Assembly: GCA_963675755.2 (NCBI GenBank)
Contig: CAXXMD010000003.1
Span: forward strand, 3,200,001 to 3,264,000
DNA from: a bacterium
GTDB taxonomy: Bacteria; Zhuqueibacterota; Zhuqueibacteria; Residuimicrobiales; Krinioviventaceae
Length of the DNA: 64,000 nucleotides
Reading direction: 5' to 3'
The notes under the pieces: model-generated
Seen by the model: the letters and a program-made list of their open reading frames with translations, nothing else
The model's database searches: none
What the model was told of the DNA's origin: nothing
In this document: positions 8,235 through 17,559 of the stretch, in pieces
Position numbering within the stretch: the stretch's first letter is position 1
How the letters are laid out: each line of letters opens with the position of its first letter
Position numbers and translations under genes: made by a program

Positions 8235-10637
8235 ATGAATACATACAAAGAGCCAACAAACGGCAATGGGCAATATCCAATGAATTTTTTGGCATCGCAA
8301 GAGACCCAATTTAATTTTCAGGATTATATGCGGGTGATCTATAAAGGCCGATTTGTAATTATGGTTTCGTTTATTTTGATAATGTTTGTTACTGTTTATT
8401 ATACATTTACTACAGCACCCGTTTATGAAGCATCAGCAAAGATCATGATAGAAGATCAACAAGGGGTTGGTGAATCTTTGTTTGATATTTCTTCCATGAT
8501 GAAAAAAGAAACCATGATCAATAATCAGGTTGAGATCCTGAAAAGCCGTACATTGGCAGAACAGGTAATAAAAAAGCTGCAAGCTTCCAGATATGCTAAT
8601 GAATTGCGCATTTTAGGCAACTATCCTGAAGGTGAACAACCCAAAGAAGGCATTGTCTCCTCGTTAAAGGATTTTATTAAAGGTATTCTTGCAGGAAAAG
8701 GCGCCATAGAAGAAACGGATGAAGATATTTTTAATGGTTTTGTTCAGGATTTGAGGGATGTGATTGCTATCAGTCCTATTCGTAATACTGATATGATTGA
8801 AATCAAGGTAAGTGCGTTATCTGCAAAAGAAGCTGCATATTTAACCAATATAGTAGCTGATGTTTACAGTGAGATGAATCGTGATGATAGCCAGGCAGAG
8901 GTACGACAGGTAAAAGACTTTTTGGAAGATCAGCTGGCCCAATATGAAAGTGATTTGTCAAATTCTGAAGAAGATTTGAAAAATTATCGCGAGACTGCCA
9001 AAGTTATCGCGCTTGATACTGAAACACAAGAACTGATTGAAAAACTGACAGATTTTGAAACATTATATAACGAAGCAAAAACGTCAATTGAAGCTGCAAA
9101 GCAACGCTTGAAATACATTGACGGTCAACTGAGTAAACAACAACTGAATTTGGATGTGGAAGCGATTTCTTCACGTCCTTATCTTGAAGAATTGAAAAGA
9201 CAGATTGCAGAAAAAGAAGCCGAACTTTCTTCTATGATTGGTTCAATGATCTTTGTTGGTGAAGATTATGAAAATAATTATAAAATCAACTCTTTACGTA
9301 AACAGATTGAATCTCAAAAAGAAAAGTTCAAGATGGAAGTGGAAAAAATTGCGGTAACAGAGTTTATTGATCCATCTGTAATGTCAGGTACATTGATTGA
9401 AAATAAAATTGAAGTTGAAACAGAGATACAATCATTAAAGCCCCGTGTATTTGAATTGGGAAAACTTGTAGATCAATATCGGGGTGAGCTTGAAGACCTT
9501 CCTGAAAAAAGTTTAAAACTTGCACGACTTGAACGTGACGCCAAAGTGCAGGAAAAAATCTTTTTGATGCTGCAGGAAAAATATCAGGAATCCCGTATTA
9601 CTGAAGTTGGTCAATTGGGAATTGTACAAATTATTGATTATGCCAAAGCCCCCGATGATCCTGTAAAACCCAAGAAAAAAGTTAATTTGATTCTTGGATT
9701 CATGCTGGGTATTGGTTTGGGTGTAGGTATAGCTTTTGTAATTGATTATTTTGATAATTCAATAAATACAATTGAAGATGTAGAACGTCTTCATTTGCCT
9801 CTTATGGCTACTATTCCCTTTATTAAACCGGAACAGGGGAATGGCGTATTAGACCGTATGCGGTCTGTTGATGATACAGAAGCACAGGATATTAATGAGC
9901 GATTGATCACACACCTTAAACCCAAATCACCTATTTCAGAAGCTTATCGTACTTTACGTACCAATATTACATTTACTGCTCCTGAAAATCCCAAAAAGGT
10001 GATAATGGTTACCAGTAGTGGTCCTAAGGAAGGCAAGTCCACATCCATTTCAAATCTTGCAATTACCATTTCTCAAATGGGATCAAAAACTTTGTTAATC
10101 GATGCAGATCTTCGTCGTCCCATGTTGCACAAATTGTTTGGTAAAGAAAAACAATCCGGTTTAACCAATATACTCGTTGGTAAAGATACTATAGAATCCG
10201 CTGTTAAAGAGATAGGTAATTTACCGAATTTGCATTTATTGACTTGTGGTATTTTGCCCCCGAATCCCGCTGAACTTTTGGGTTCTGTGCAAATGAAAGA
10301 GTTTTTAAAAGATGTTAAAGAAAAATACGATATGATTCTTATAGACACACCACCTATTATTGCTGTAACAGATTCATCTGTTTTATCTACGATGGTAGAT
10401 GGTGTAATACTGGTTGTTCGCTCTGCACAAAGTAAGCGAGAAGCTGTTGTGCATGCGGTTGAACAATTAAAGCGTGTAGAAGCACCGGTATTGGGTGTTT
10501 TGCTCAACGGTATACAGGCCAAGAACGTTTATGGATCATATTATTATTATAATTACTATCATTATTACTATGGCGCCGATGGCGAAAAGAAAAAGAAACG
10601 TACCAAAAAACGTAGAAAAACAAAAAGTGCGTACTAG
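8235..10637 (+). CDS. wzc: Polysaccharide co-polymerase / BY-kinase
   Basis: Two TM segments flanking a coiled coil; Walker A GPKEGKST, A' IDADLRRP, B IDTPP; C-terminal Tyr cluster. Confidence 0.95.
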   Translation: MNTYKEPTNGNGQYPMNFLASQETQFNFQDYMRVIYKGRFVIMVSFILIMFVTVYYTFTTAPVYEASAKIMIEDQQGVGESLFDISSMMKKETMINNQVEILKSRTLAEQVIKKLQASRYANELRILGNYPEGEQPKEGIVSSLKDFIKGILAGKGAIEETDEDIFNGFVQDLRDVIAISPIRNTDMIEIKVSALSAKEAAYLTNIVADVYSEMNRDDSQAEVRQVKDFLEDQLAQYESDLSNSEEDLKNYRETAKVIALDTETQELIEKLTDFETLYNEAKTSIEAAKQRLKYIDGQLSKQQLNLDVEAISSRPYLEELKRQIAEKEAELSSMIGSMIFVGEDYENNYKINSLRKQIESQKEKFKMEVEKIAVTEFIDPSVMSGTLIENKIEVETEIQSLKPRVFELGKLVDQYRGELEDLPEKSLKLARLERDAKVQEKIFLMLQEKYQESRITEVGQLGIVQIIDYAKAPDDPVKPKKKVNLILGFMLGIGLGVGIAFVIDYFDNSINTIEDVERLHLPLMATIPFIKPEQGNGVLDRMRSVDDTEAQDINERLITHLKPKSPISEAYRTLRTNITFTAPENPKKVIMVTSSGPKEGKSTSISNLAITISQMGSKTLLIDADLRRPMLHKLFGKEKQSGLTNILVGKDTIESAVKEIGNLPNLHLLTCGILPPNPAELLGSVQMKEFLKDVKEKYDMILIDTPPIIAVTDSSVLSTMVDGVILVVRSAQSKREAVVHAVEQLKRVEAPVLGVLLNGIQAKNVYGSYYYYNYYHYYYGADGEKKKKRTKKRRKTKSAY

Positions 10638-10657
10638 ATCGTCGATTTTGGTAAGAA

Positions 10658-11629
10658 TTGCTAAGGAGTAAGGAAATTAATAATTTTGCACTGATTGGGG
10701 CCGCGGGCTATATTGCCCCCAGACATTTGAACGCTATCAAGGAAACAGGCAATCAACTAGTGTGTGCCTTGGATACAAGCGATTCAGTGGGGATTTTGGA
10801 TCGATATTTTGATGATGTTGATTTTTTTACTGAATTTGAGAGGTTTGACAGGCACATTGACAAGCTGCGTAGACTAGATACACCTAAAAAAATTGATTAT
10901 GTGAGTATCTGTTCACCCAACTATTTGCATGACGCACATATTCGATTTGCACTTCGTTCTGAAGCAGACGCTATCTGTGAAAAACCTCTTATGTTGAATC
11001 CTTGGAATTGTGATGCATTGATGCAGGTTGAAGAATTGTTTGGGAAAAAAGTGTACAATGTTTTGCAGCTTCGTGTACATCCTGCTATTGTTGAGTTGAA
11101 AAAGAAAATTCAGGCATCAAAGGGCAAACGCCATTCAATCGATTTAACGTATATCACTTCTCGTGGAAAATGGTATTTTTACTCCTGGAAAGGTGATATT
11201 ACAAAGTCAGGTGGAGTCGCTACCAATATTGGTATCCATTTTTTTGACATGTTGTTATGGATTTTTGGCGATGTGAAAAAATCGGTTGTGCATCATTCTG
11301 ATTACAAGAAAGCAGCTGGCTTTCTTGAACTTGAAAATGCAGATGTGAGATGGTTTTTGTCTCTTGATAAAAACGATTTACCGGAGCAGGCAGTTAAAGA
11401 AGGGAATTCAACATTCCGATCCATTACAGTTGATGATGATGAAATTGAATTTTCAGGTGGTTTTACGGATTTGCATACCATTGTTTATAATGATATTTTA
11501 AATGGTAAGGGATATGGCATCTCTGATGCAAAACCATCTATTCAAGTAGCATATGATATCCGACATGCAGAGCCCGAAGGCTGGGCTGGTAAAATGTATC
11601 ATCCGTATTTAAACAGGATAAGCAGTTAA
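10658..11629 (+). CDS. wbpB: Gfo/Idh/MocA oxidoreductase, WbpB/WlbA-like UDP-GlcNAcA 3-dehydrogenase
   Basis: FALIGAAGYIAPRH, ICSPNYLHDAH, CEKPL, SWKGD..KSGGVATNIGIHFFD. Confidence 0.8.
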   Translation: MLRSKEINNFALIGAAGYIAPRHLNAIKETGNQLVCALDTSDSVGILDRYFDDVDFFTEFERFDRHIDKLRRLDTPKKIDYVSICSPNYLHDAHIRFALRSEADAICEKPLMLNPWNCDALMQVEELFGKKVYNVLQLRVHPAIVELKKKIQASKGKRHSIDLTYITSRGKWYFYSWKGDITKSGGVATNIGIHFFDMLLWIFGDVKKSVVHHSDYKKAAGFLELENADVRWFLSLDKNDLPEQAVKEGNSTFRSITVDDDEIEFSGGFTDLHTIVYNDILNGKGYGISDAKPSIQVAYDIRHAEPEGWAGKMYHPYLNRISS

Positions 11630-11643
11630 TTGACATTCCGCAA

Positions 11644-12282
11644 TTGTTTAATTATTTGTTATTCATATACCTAATGGTTATGACAGAAAACATTATAAAA
11701 CATAATTTTTTATTGAATTTTCAGGATCGCGAAAAATTAAACAGGCACAAAGGTGCCTGTTTGTGGTTTACGGGTTTATCTGGTAGTGGTAAATCCACAA
11801 TTGCCAATTTGTTGGATAAAGCCCTTTATGATCTTGAAATCCATTCTTATATTTTGGATGGCGATAATATACGTACCGGTTTGAATCAGGATTTGGGATT
11901 TTCTCCTCAGGATAGAGTAGAGAATATCCGACGAATAGGTCATGTGTCAAAATTATTCGTTGATAGCGGGATTTTGGTACTGACATCATTTATATCCCCG
12001 TATCGTCAAGACAGGGATAGTGTTAGAGAATTGTTTGATATTGATAGATTTATTGAAATTTATGTAAAATGTTCTTTGGATGTATGTAAATCCCGCGATC
12101 CAAAAGGGCTGTATAAAAAAGCAATGAATGGAGAAATTCAGGACTTTACAGGTATTTCGGCACCTTATGAAGAACCGATTGAACCGGAAATTGTTTTGGA
12201 AAATAATGATAATAATGACTTGGAAACGAGTGTGAAAAGAATACTCGATTATTTGAGAAACAAAAATATAATTAGTGTTTGA
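11644..12282 (+). CDS. cysC: Adenylyl-sulfate kinase (likely start ATG 11674 or 11680)
   Basis: [38 protein letters not shown]. Confidence 0.95.
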   Translation: MFNYLLFIYLMVMTENIIKHNFLLNFQDREKLNRHKGACLWFTGLSGSGKSTIANLLDKALYDLEIHSYILDGDNIRTGLNQDLGFSPQDRVENIRRIGHVSKLFVDSGILVLTSFISPYRQDRDSVRELFDIDRFIEIYVKCSLDVCKSRDPKGLYKKAMNGEIQDFTGISAPYEEPIEPEIVLENNDNNDLETSVKRILDYLRNKNIISV

Positions 12283-13172
12283 GGTTAATTATGGACCATT
12301 TGGAACAACTGGAAAATAAAAGTATATATATATTGCGCGAAGCTTATGCAAATTTTAAAAATCTTTGTATGCTTTGGTCAATTGGTAAAGATAGCACGGT
12401 CTTGCTGTGGTTAGCAAGGAAGGCCTTTTTTAGTCATGTACCTATCCCGCTAGTTCATATAGATACTGCTTACAAAATTCCGGAAATGATAGAGTACCGC
12501 GACAAGCTGGCTATGGAATGGTCATTAACTATGATTTATGGCCAAAATGAAGAAGCTTTAAAAGCGAAACGTACGTTTCCTGATGGAAATGCTGATCGTA
12601 TTACCTGTTGTCGTCTGTTAAAAACAGAAGCATTAGTTAATACATTGAATGGTGCTGGTAAACGCTATCGTTTGAATTTGGAAACGGGTAAGTATGAGGT
12701 TGATACCAATACCGAGCCCTACACGGGTGTTATTGTAGGGGCTCGTGCTGATGAAGAAGGCAGCCGTTCAAAAGAAAGATATTTTTCTCCTAGAGATCAG
12801 GAAAGTATATGGGATATTGGCGACCAGCCACCCGAATTCTGGAATCAGTATAAAACTGACTTTGCTCCCGGGACGCATGTACGGGTGCATCCATTATTAG
12901 ATTGGACTGAATTGAATATTTGGGAATATATAAAACGTGAGAATATTCCAACAGTGTCTTTATATTATAACCAGGGAGAAGGAAAACGTTACCGCTCTTT
13001 GGGATGTTATCCCTGTACCTTCCCGGTAGAGTCTGACGCCCAAAATGTTGATGAGATTATTGAAGAATTAAAAACCGGCAAATTTGCTAATATTGCTGAA
13101 CGGTCAGGACGAGCACAGGACAAAGATGATGGTGGCGGCCTTGAAACTTTGAGACGTGATGGGTATATGTAA
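12279..13172 (+). CDS. cysD: Sulfate adenylyltransferase subunit 2 (likely start ATG 12291)
   Basis: [14 protein letters not shown]-loop [28 protein letters not shown]; C-terminal RDGYM. Confidence 0.9.
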   Translation: MRLIMDHLEQLENKSIYILREAYANFKNLCMLWSIGKDSTVLLWLARKAFFSHVPIPLVHIDTAYKIPEMIEYRDKLAMEWSLTMIYGQNEEALKAKRTFPDGNADRITCCRLLKTEALVNTLNGAGKRYRLNLETGKYEVDTNTEPYTGVIVGARADEEGSRSKERYFSPRDQESIWDIGDQPPEFWNQYKTDFAPGTHVRVHPLLDWTELNIWEYIKRENIPTVSLYYNQGEGKRYRSLGCYPCTFPVESDAQNVDEIIEELKTGKFANIAERSGRAQDKDDGGGLETLRRDGYM

Positions 13173-13190
13173 TCTTATAGGATGTTTTAA

Positions 13191-14984
13191 ATGAAAGAAC
13201 AAATGAATATAGTGATTGCCGGGCACGTTGATCACGGTAAAAGTACCATTATTGGTAGAATGCTTGCGGATACCAAGTCTTTACCTGAAGGAAAGCTGGA
13301 GCAGGTTAAAGCCAATTGTAAATTGAATTCCAAGCCTTTTGAATATGCATTCTTACTGGATGCTCTTAAAGATGAGCAGGCACAGGGTATAACCATTGAC
13401 TCTGCGCGTGTATTTTTTAAAACTGAAAAACGGCATTATATTATTATTGATGCACCTGGCCATATTGAATTCCTGAAAAATATGGTATCTGGGGCTTCAA
13501 GAGCCGAAGCAGGATTGCTGGTTATTGATGCGTATGAAGGTATACAAGAAAATTCCAGACGGCATGGATATATGCTGTCTATGTTGGGTATTAAACAGAT
13601 AGCAATTCTTGTAAATAAAATGGATTTGGTAAATTATGACCCAAAAGTATATGATGCTATTGTTAAAGAATATCGGGAATTCCTTGCAAAGATTGATGTA
13701 GAACCAAAATGTTTTATACCTGTTAGTGGCAGGGAAGGAGATAATATTACTTCAAGCATCAATCATATGGATTGGTATCAGGGTGATTGTCTTTTAGATA
13801 TATTGGATGATTTTGAAAAAGAAAAACCGGATTTTAAAAAACCATTTCGGTTCCCGGTTCAAGATGTTTACAAGTTTACCAATAAAAAAGATGACCGTCG
13901 CATTGTTGCCGGAAATGTAGAGAGTGGCAGTATTAAAGTTGGAACAGAAGTCGTTTTTTATCCTTCAGGAAAACGCAGTAGAATTAAATCCATTGAAGGC
14001 TTTAATATTGATCCCAAGGATACCGCATATGTAGGCGAGTCCGCAGGGTTTACTCTTGAAGAGCAGATCTATGTAACTCGTGGTGACATCATGACAAACG
14101 CTGCAGAAATAAAACCCGAGGTTGCGCGTAGACTACGGTTAAATCTTTTCTGGATGGGCAAAGAACCCTTTGTTAAAAATAAAGATTACTTTTTAAAAGT
14201 GGGTACAACCAAAGTACGCTGCCGTTTGGAAGAAATACATAGGTTGATCAATGCTTCAGACCTTAACTCCATTCAAAGTGAACAAGTTAACCGGCATGAT
14301 GTTGCTGAATGTACATTACAGTTAAATAAAGCAATTGCTTTTGATACGGTAGATCAGATTGCCACTACGAGCCGTTTTGTGATTGTCGATGATTACGAGA
14401 TTGTAGGTGGCGGCATTATCAAAGAGCCTCTTGAAGATAAATTGGCATGGGTTCGTGATAAAGTGATTCTTCGTAATTATAAATGGGAAAAGAGCATTAT
14501 TACAGAAGACCAACGGGCTGAAAAGTATAACCAAAAATCGGTTATGATAATTTTAACGGGTCCCCAAAAAGTTGGCAAGAAAGAAGTAGCAAAATCCCTG
14601 GAAGCCAATCTTTTTAATGATGGCAAATGGGTTTATTTTCTTGGTATTGGTAATGTGCTTTATGGTGTAGATGCAGATATTAAAAAACAAGATAATGCAG
14701 AGAACCGTCAAGAGCACCTGCGTAGATTGTCTGAAGTGGGACATCTGTTACTTGATTCGGGAATGATTTTAATCGTTACAGCTGTAGAGCTGACTCAGGA
14801 TGACCTTGAAATTATTAAAACGACGATTCATCCTGATAAGATCAAAGTTGTGTGGGTTGGAGATGAATTAACCACTGATGTTTCTTTTGATGCCAAGGTG
14901 CCGGGCTTGATGGATGTTGATGAATCTGTAGTTAAATTAAAAACTATATTGCAGGATAATGGCTTTATTTATAAACCTTGGTGA
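13191..14984 (+). CDS. cysN: Sulfate adenylyltransferase subunit 1 (GTPase) fused to a degenerate APS-kinase-like domain
   Basis: [24 protein letters not shown]; C-terminal domain with altered P-loop TGPQKVGKK. Confidence 0.9.
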   Translation: MKEQMNIVIAGHVDHGKSTIIGRMLADTKSLPEGKLEQVKANCKLNSKPFEYAFLLDALKDEQAQGITIDSARVFFKTEKRHYIIIDAPGHIEFLKNMVSGASRAEAGLLVIDAYEGIQENSRRHGYMLSMLGIKQIAILVNKMDLVNYDPKVYDAIVKEYREFLAKIDVEPKCFIPVSGREGDNITSSINHMDWYQGDCLLDILDDFEKEKPDFKKPFRFPVQDVYKFTNKKDDRRIVAGNVESGSIKVGTEVVFYPSGKRSRIKSIEGFNIDPKDTAYVGESAGFTLEEQIYVTRGDIMTNAAEIKPEVARRLRLNLFWMGKEPFVKNKDYFLKVGTTKVRCRLEEIHRLINASDLNSIQSEQVNRHDVAECTLQLNKAIAFDTVDQIATTSRFVIVDDYEIVGGGIIKEPLEDKLAWVRDKVILRNYKWEKSIITEDQRAEKYNQKSVMIILTGPQKVGKKEVAKSLEANLFNDGKWVYFLGIGNVLYGVDADIKKQDNAENRQEHLRRLSEVGHLLLDSGMILIVTAVELTQDDLEIIKTTIHPDKIKVVWVGDELTTDVSFDAKVPGLMDVDESVVKLKTILQDNGFIYKPW

Positions 14985-15003
14985 TTTTGGGAGCGAATAG
15001 TAA

Positions 15004-16782
15004 TTGCTAAGCTTTTCATTTATATATACAGTAATTGTTGTTTTGGGAATGACTGCTATTTTAATGCTTGACTTGTATGAAGCTGAAATTGTAGTCTTTG
15101 CTTCATTGATTTTGTTGGTTTTGGGTGGAATCATTGATACAAAAGAAGCTTTTGCCGGATTTTCTAATCATGGAATGATTACCGTTGCATTTTTATTTAT
15201 TGTTGCAGCTTCTATTCAAAAAACCGGTTTACTAAACAAGCTTTCTACTTTATTGTTGGGTAGAAATAACAAACACATGTCTTTCAAGCTATTCAGATTT
15301 CTTGTGCCGGTTTCGACCTTTTCAGCATTTTTTAACAACACACCTATTGTTGCGATGTTGATACCTTCGTTACGCTATTGGGCTCGAAAACATAATATTT
15401 CCGCATCAAAATTATTAATCCCTTTATCTTATGCTGCTATCCTGGGAGGAACGTGTACCTTAATTGGCACCAGTACTAATCTTGTTGTCCATGGTTTGAT
15501 GATCGAGAATGATTACCAGGGATTTTCATTGTTCGAGTTTACCAAAGTTGGACTCCCCATGGCAATTGTTGGATTGCTTTTTACCGCATTTGTAGGAATC
15601 CGATTGCTGCCTGATAGAAAAGAAATGGTTGTCCAGCTTTCTGACAATATTCGCGAATTTGTTGTGGGATTAAAAGTCCAGGAGGACTATCAGGCTATTG
15701 GAAAGACTATTGAGAATGCTGGCCTGCGCCACCTCAGTGGACTGTTTTTGTTTCAGATTGAAAGAAATGAAAAGATTATTACTCCTGTGGGACCGGAAGA
15801 GAAAATAAAGCTGAATGATCGGTTATATTTTACAGGACTTCCAGAGACGATTGTTGAGCTGCAGAAAACCCAGGGACTGGTTCTCCTACAAGATAACTTG
15901 ATTGACCTTAAACAATATGATTCTGATAAATATAAAACTTTTGAAGTCGTTATATCACAAAATTCACAATTGGTAGGCCAAAAAGTTAAAGACAGTGATT
16001 TCCGCAGAAAGTACAATGCGGTTATTTTGGGTATTCATCGCAGCGGTGAGCGCATTCAGAAAAAGATTGGGGATATTGTACTGCATGTTGGCGACACGTT
16101 GTTTATTCTTGCGGATAATGGATTTCTAAAAAAGTGGTACTATTCAACCGAGTTTAATCTGGTTTCAGAATCGTTCTCATATCCTTCCAAACCGGGTTGG
16201 TATACGCCTTTTGCGTTGATTGTATTGCTTGCCATGATTATTGTAATGGGATTCAATCTGCTCCCTATTGTACTGGCTGTTGCGGTAGCTGCCATGATCT
16301 ATATTTTAAGTAAATGTATTTCTCCTGCTGAAGCGTTGAGCAGCATTAATTGGAGTATTCTGTTAATCATAGCGTCTTCATTTGGAATCTCCAAGGCGTT
16401 GGTTAACTCGGGTGTGGCTACGTTTGTTGCACATGAAATTTTGGGGGTTTTTAGCGGCATGGGTGTTTTTGTGATTTTGGCTGTCATTTATTATATGACC
16501 AGCTTTTACACCGAGGTAATCACAAATAACTCGGCTGCCGCGCTCATGTTCCCCATAGCGTTGTCTGTTGCAAATCAGGCGGGTCTTGATCCACGGCCAT
16601 TTTTCATTGCAACCGCTTTGGCTGCTTCGGCAAGCTTTTCTACGCCGATAGGATACCAGACCAACCTGATGGTTTATGGTCCGGGTGGATACAAATTCCG
16701 CGATTTCCTAAAAATTGGCCTACCAATGAATATTTTTATTGGACTTTTAGCAATTGTTTTGCTATATTGGTTCTACTTTTAG
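15004..16782 (+). CDS. SLC13/DASS-family permease with two TrkA-C (RCK) domains; probable sulfate uptake
   Basis: SAFFNNTPIVA, GGTCTLIGTSTNL, TEVITNNSAAA and TPIGYQTNLMVYGPGGYKF motifs; lies between cysN and cysQ. Confidence 0.85.
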   Translation: MLSFSFIYTVIVVLGMTAILMLDLYEAEIVVFASLILLVLGGIIDTKEAFAGFSNHGMITVAFLFIVAASIQKTGLLNKLSTLLLGRNNKHMSFKLFRFLVPVSTFSAFFNNTPIVAMLIPSLRYWARKHNISASKLLIPLSYAAILGGTCTLIGTSTNLVVHGLMIENDYQGFSLFEFTKVGLPMAIVGLLFTAFVGIRLLPDRKEMVVQLSDNIREFVVGLKVQEDYQAIGKTIENAGLRHLSGLFLFQIERNEKIITPVGPEEKIKLNDRLYFTGLPETIVELQKTQGLVLLQDNLIDLKQYDSDKYKTFEVVISQNSQLVGQKVKDSDFRRKYNAVILGIHRSGERIQKKIGDIVLHVGDTLFILADNGFLKKWYYSTEFNLVSESFSYPSKPGWYTPFALIVLLAMIIVMGFNLLPIVLAVAVAAMIYILSKCISPAEALSSINWSILLIIASSFGISKALVNSGVATFVAHEILGVFSGMGVFVILAVIYYMTSFYTEVITNNSAAALMFPIALSVANQAGLDPRPFFIATALAASASFSTPIGYQTNLMVYGPGGYKFRDFLKIGLPMNIFIGLLAIVLLYWFYF

Positions 16783-16794
16783 GATGAGGGGTTA

Positions 16795-17559
16795 TTGGCA
16801 GTAGAAATCGACAAAATTTGCGCTATCGCTGTGGAAGCGGGTAAAGAAATCCTCAATATTTACGAATCGAGCGATTTCGAGGTTGAGATGAAAAGCGATA
16901 ACAGTCCTTTAACTATTGCGGACAAACGATCACACTCGGTGATCAAAACTCAACTTGAATTGCATTATCCGGATATACCCGTGCTTTCAGAAGAAGGCAG
17001 GGAGATTTCTTATGCTGAGCGCAAAAATTGGAACCCCTTTTGGTTGGTTGATCCGCTGGACGGAACCAAAGAGTTTATAAAGCGCAATGGTGAATTTACT
17101 GTAAATATTGCGCTGATTGAAAATAATTTGCCGGTTTTGGGTGTTATATATGCACCGGTGCCAGATACGCTCTATTACGCAAATCAGAGCAATGGCGCCT
17201 ATATAAAACATTCGGACTCGGCCCCGTTGCCCATTCATACGGATACTGATACTGTGGATGGCGTGGTGATTGTCCGGAGCCGCTCGCACGCGTTGGATGC
17301 TGAGGAAGAGCTTTACAGCCGCTATACCGTCAAAGACGAGATTGCGGTGGGAAGTTCGCTCAAATTCTGCATGCTGGCCGAGGGCAAGGCGCATGTGTAT
17401 TACCGTCATGGTCCCACGATGGAGTGGGACACTGCAGCAGGACACGCCATAGCAAACGCCGCCGGTGCCAGGGTAACCCAACCGGATGGCAGTGCGTTTA
17501 CCTATAATAAACCCGAGTTGTTGAACGGCCCGTTTTTGGCAAGTGTAACCAATGTGTGA
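16795..17559 (+). CDS. cysQ: 3'(2'),5'-bisphosphate nucleotidase
   Basis: KSDNSPLTIAD, LSEE, WLVDPLDGTKEF, GSSLKFC, EWDTAAG. Confidence 0.95.
   Translation: MAVEIDKICAIAVEAGKEILNIYESSDFEVEMKSDNSPLTIADKRSHSVIKTQLELHYPDIPVLSEEGREISYAERKNWNPFWLVDPLDGTKEFIKRNGEFTVNIALIENNLPVLGVIYAPVPDTLYYANQSNGAYIKHSDSAPLPIHTDTDTVDGVVIVRSRSHALDAEEELYSRYTVKDEIAVGSSLKFCMLAEGKAHVYYRHGPTMEWDTAAGHAIANAAGARVTQPDGSAFTYNKPELLNGPFLASVTNV

Noticed and set aside
10541-10571. TAT/TAC-rich low-complexity repeat
   Set aside because: It encodes the normal Wzc tyrosine cluster, not a contingency repeat.
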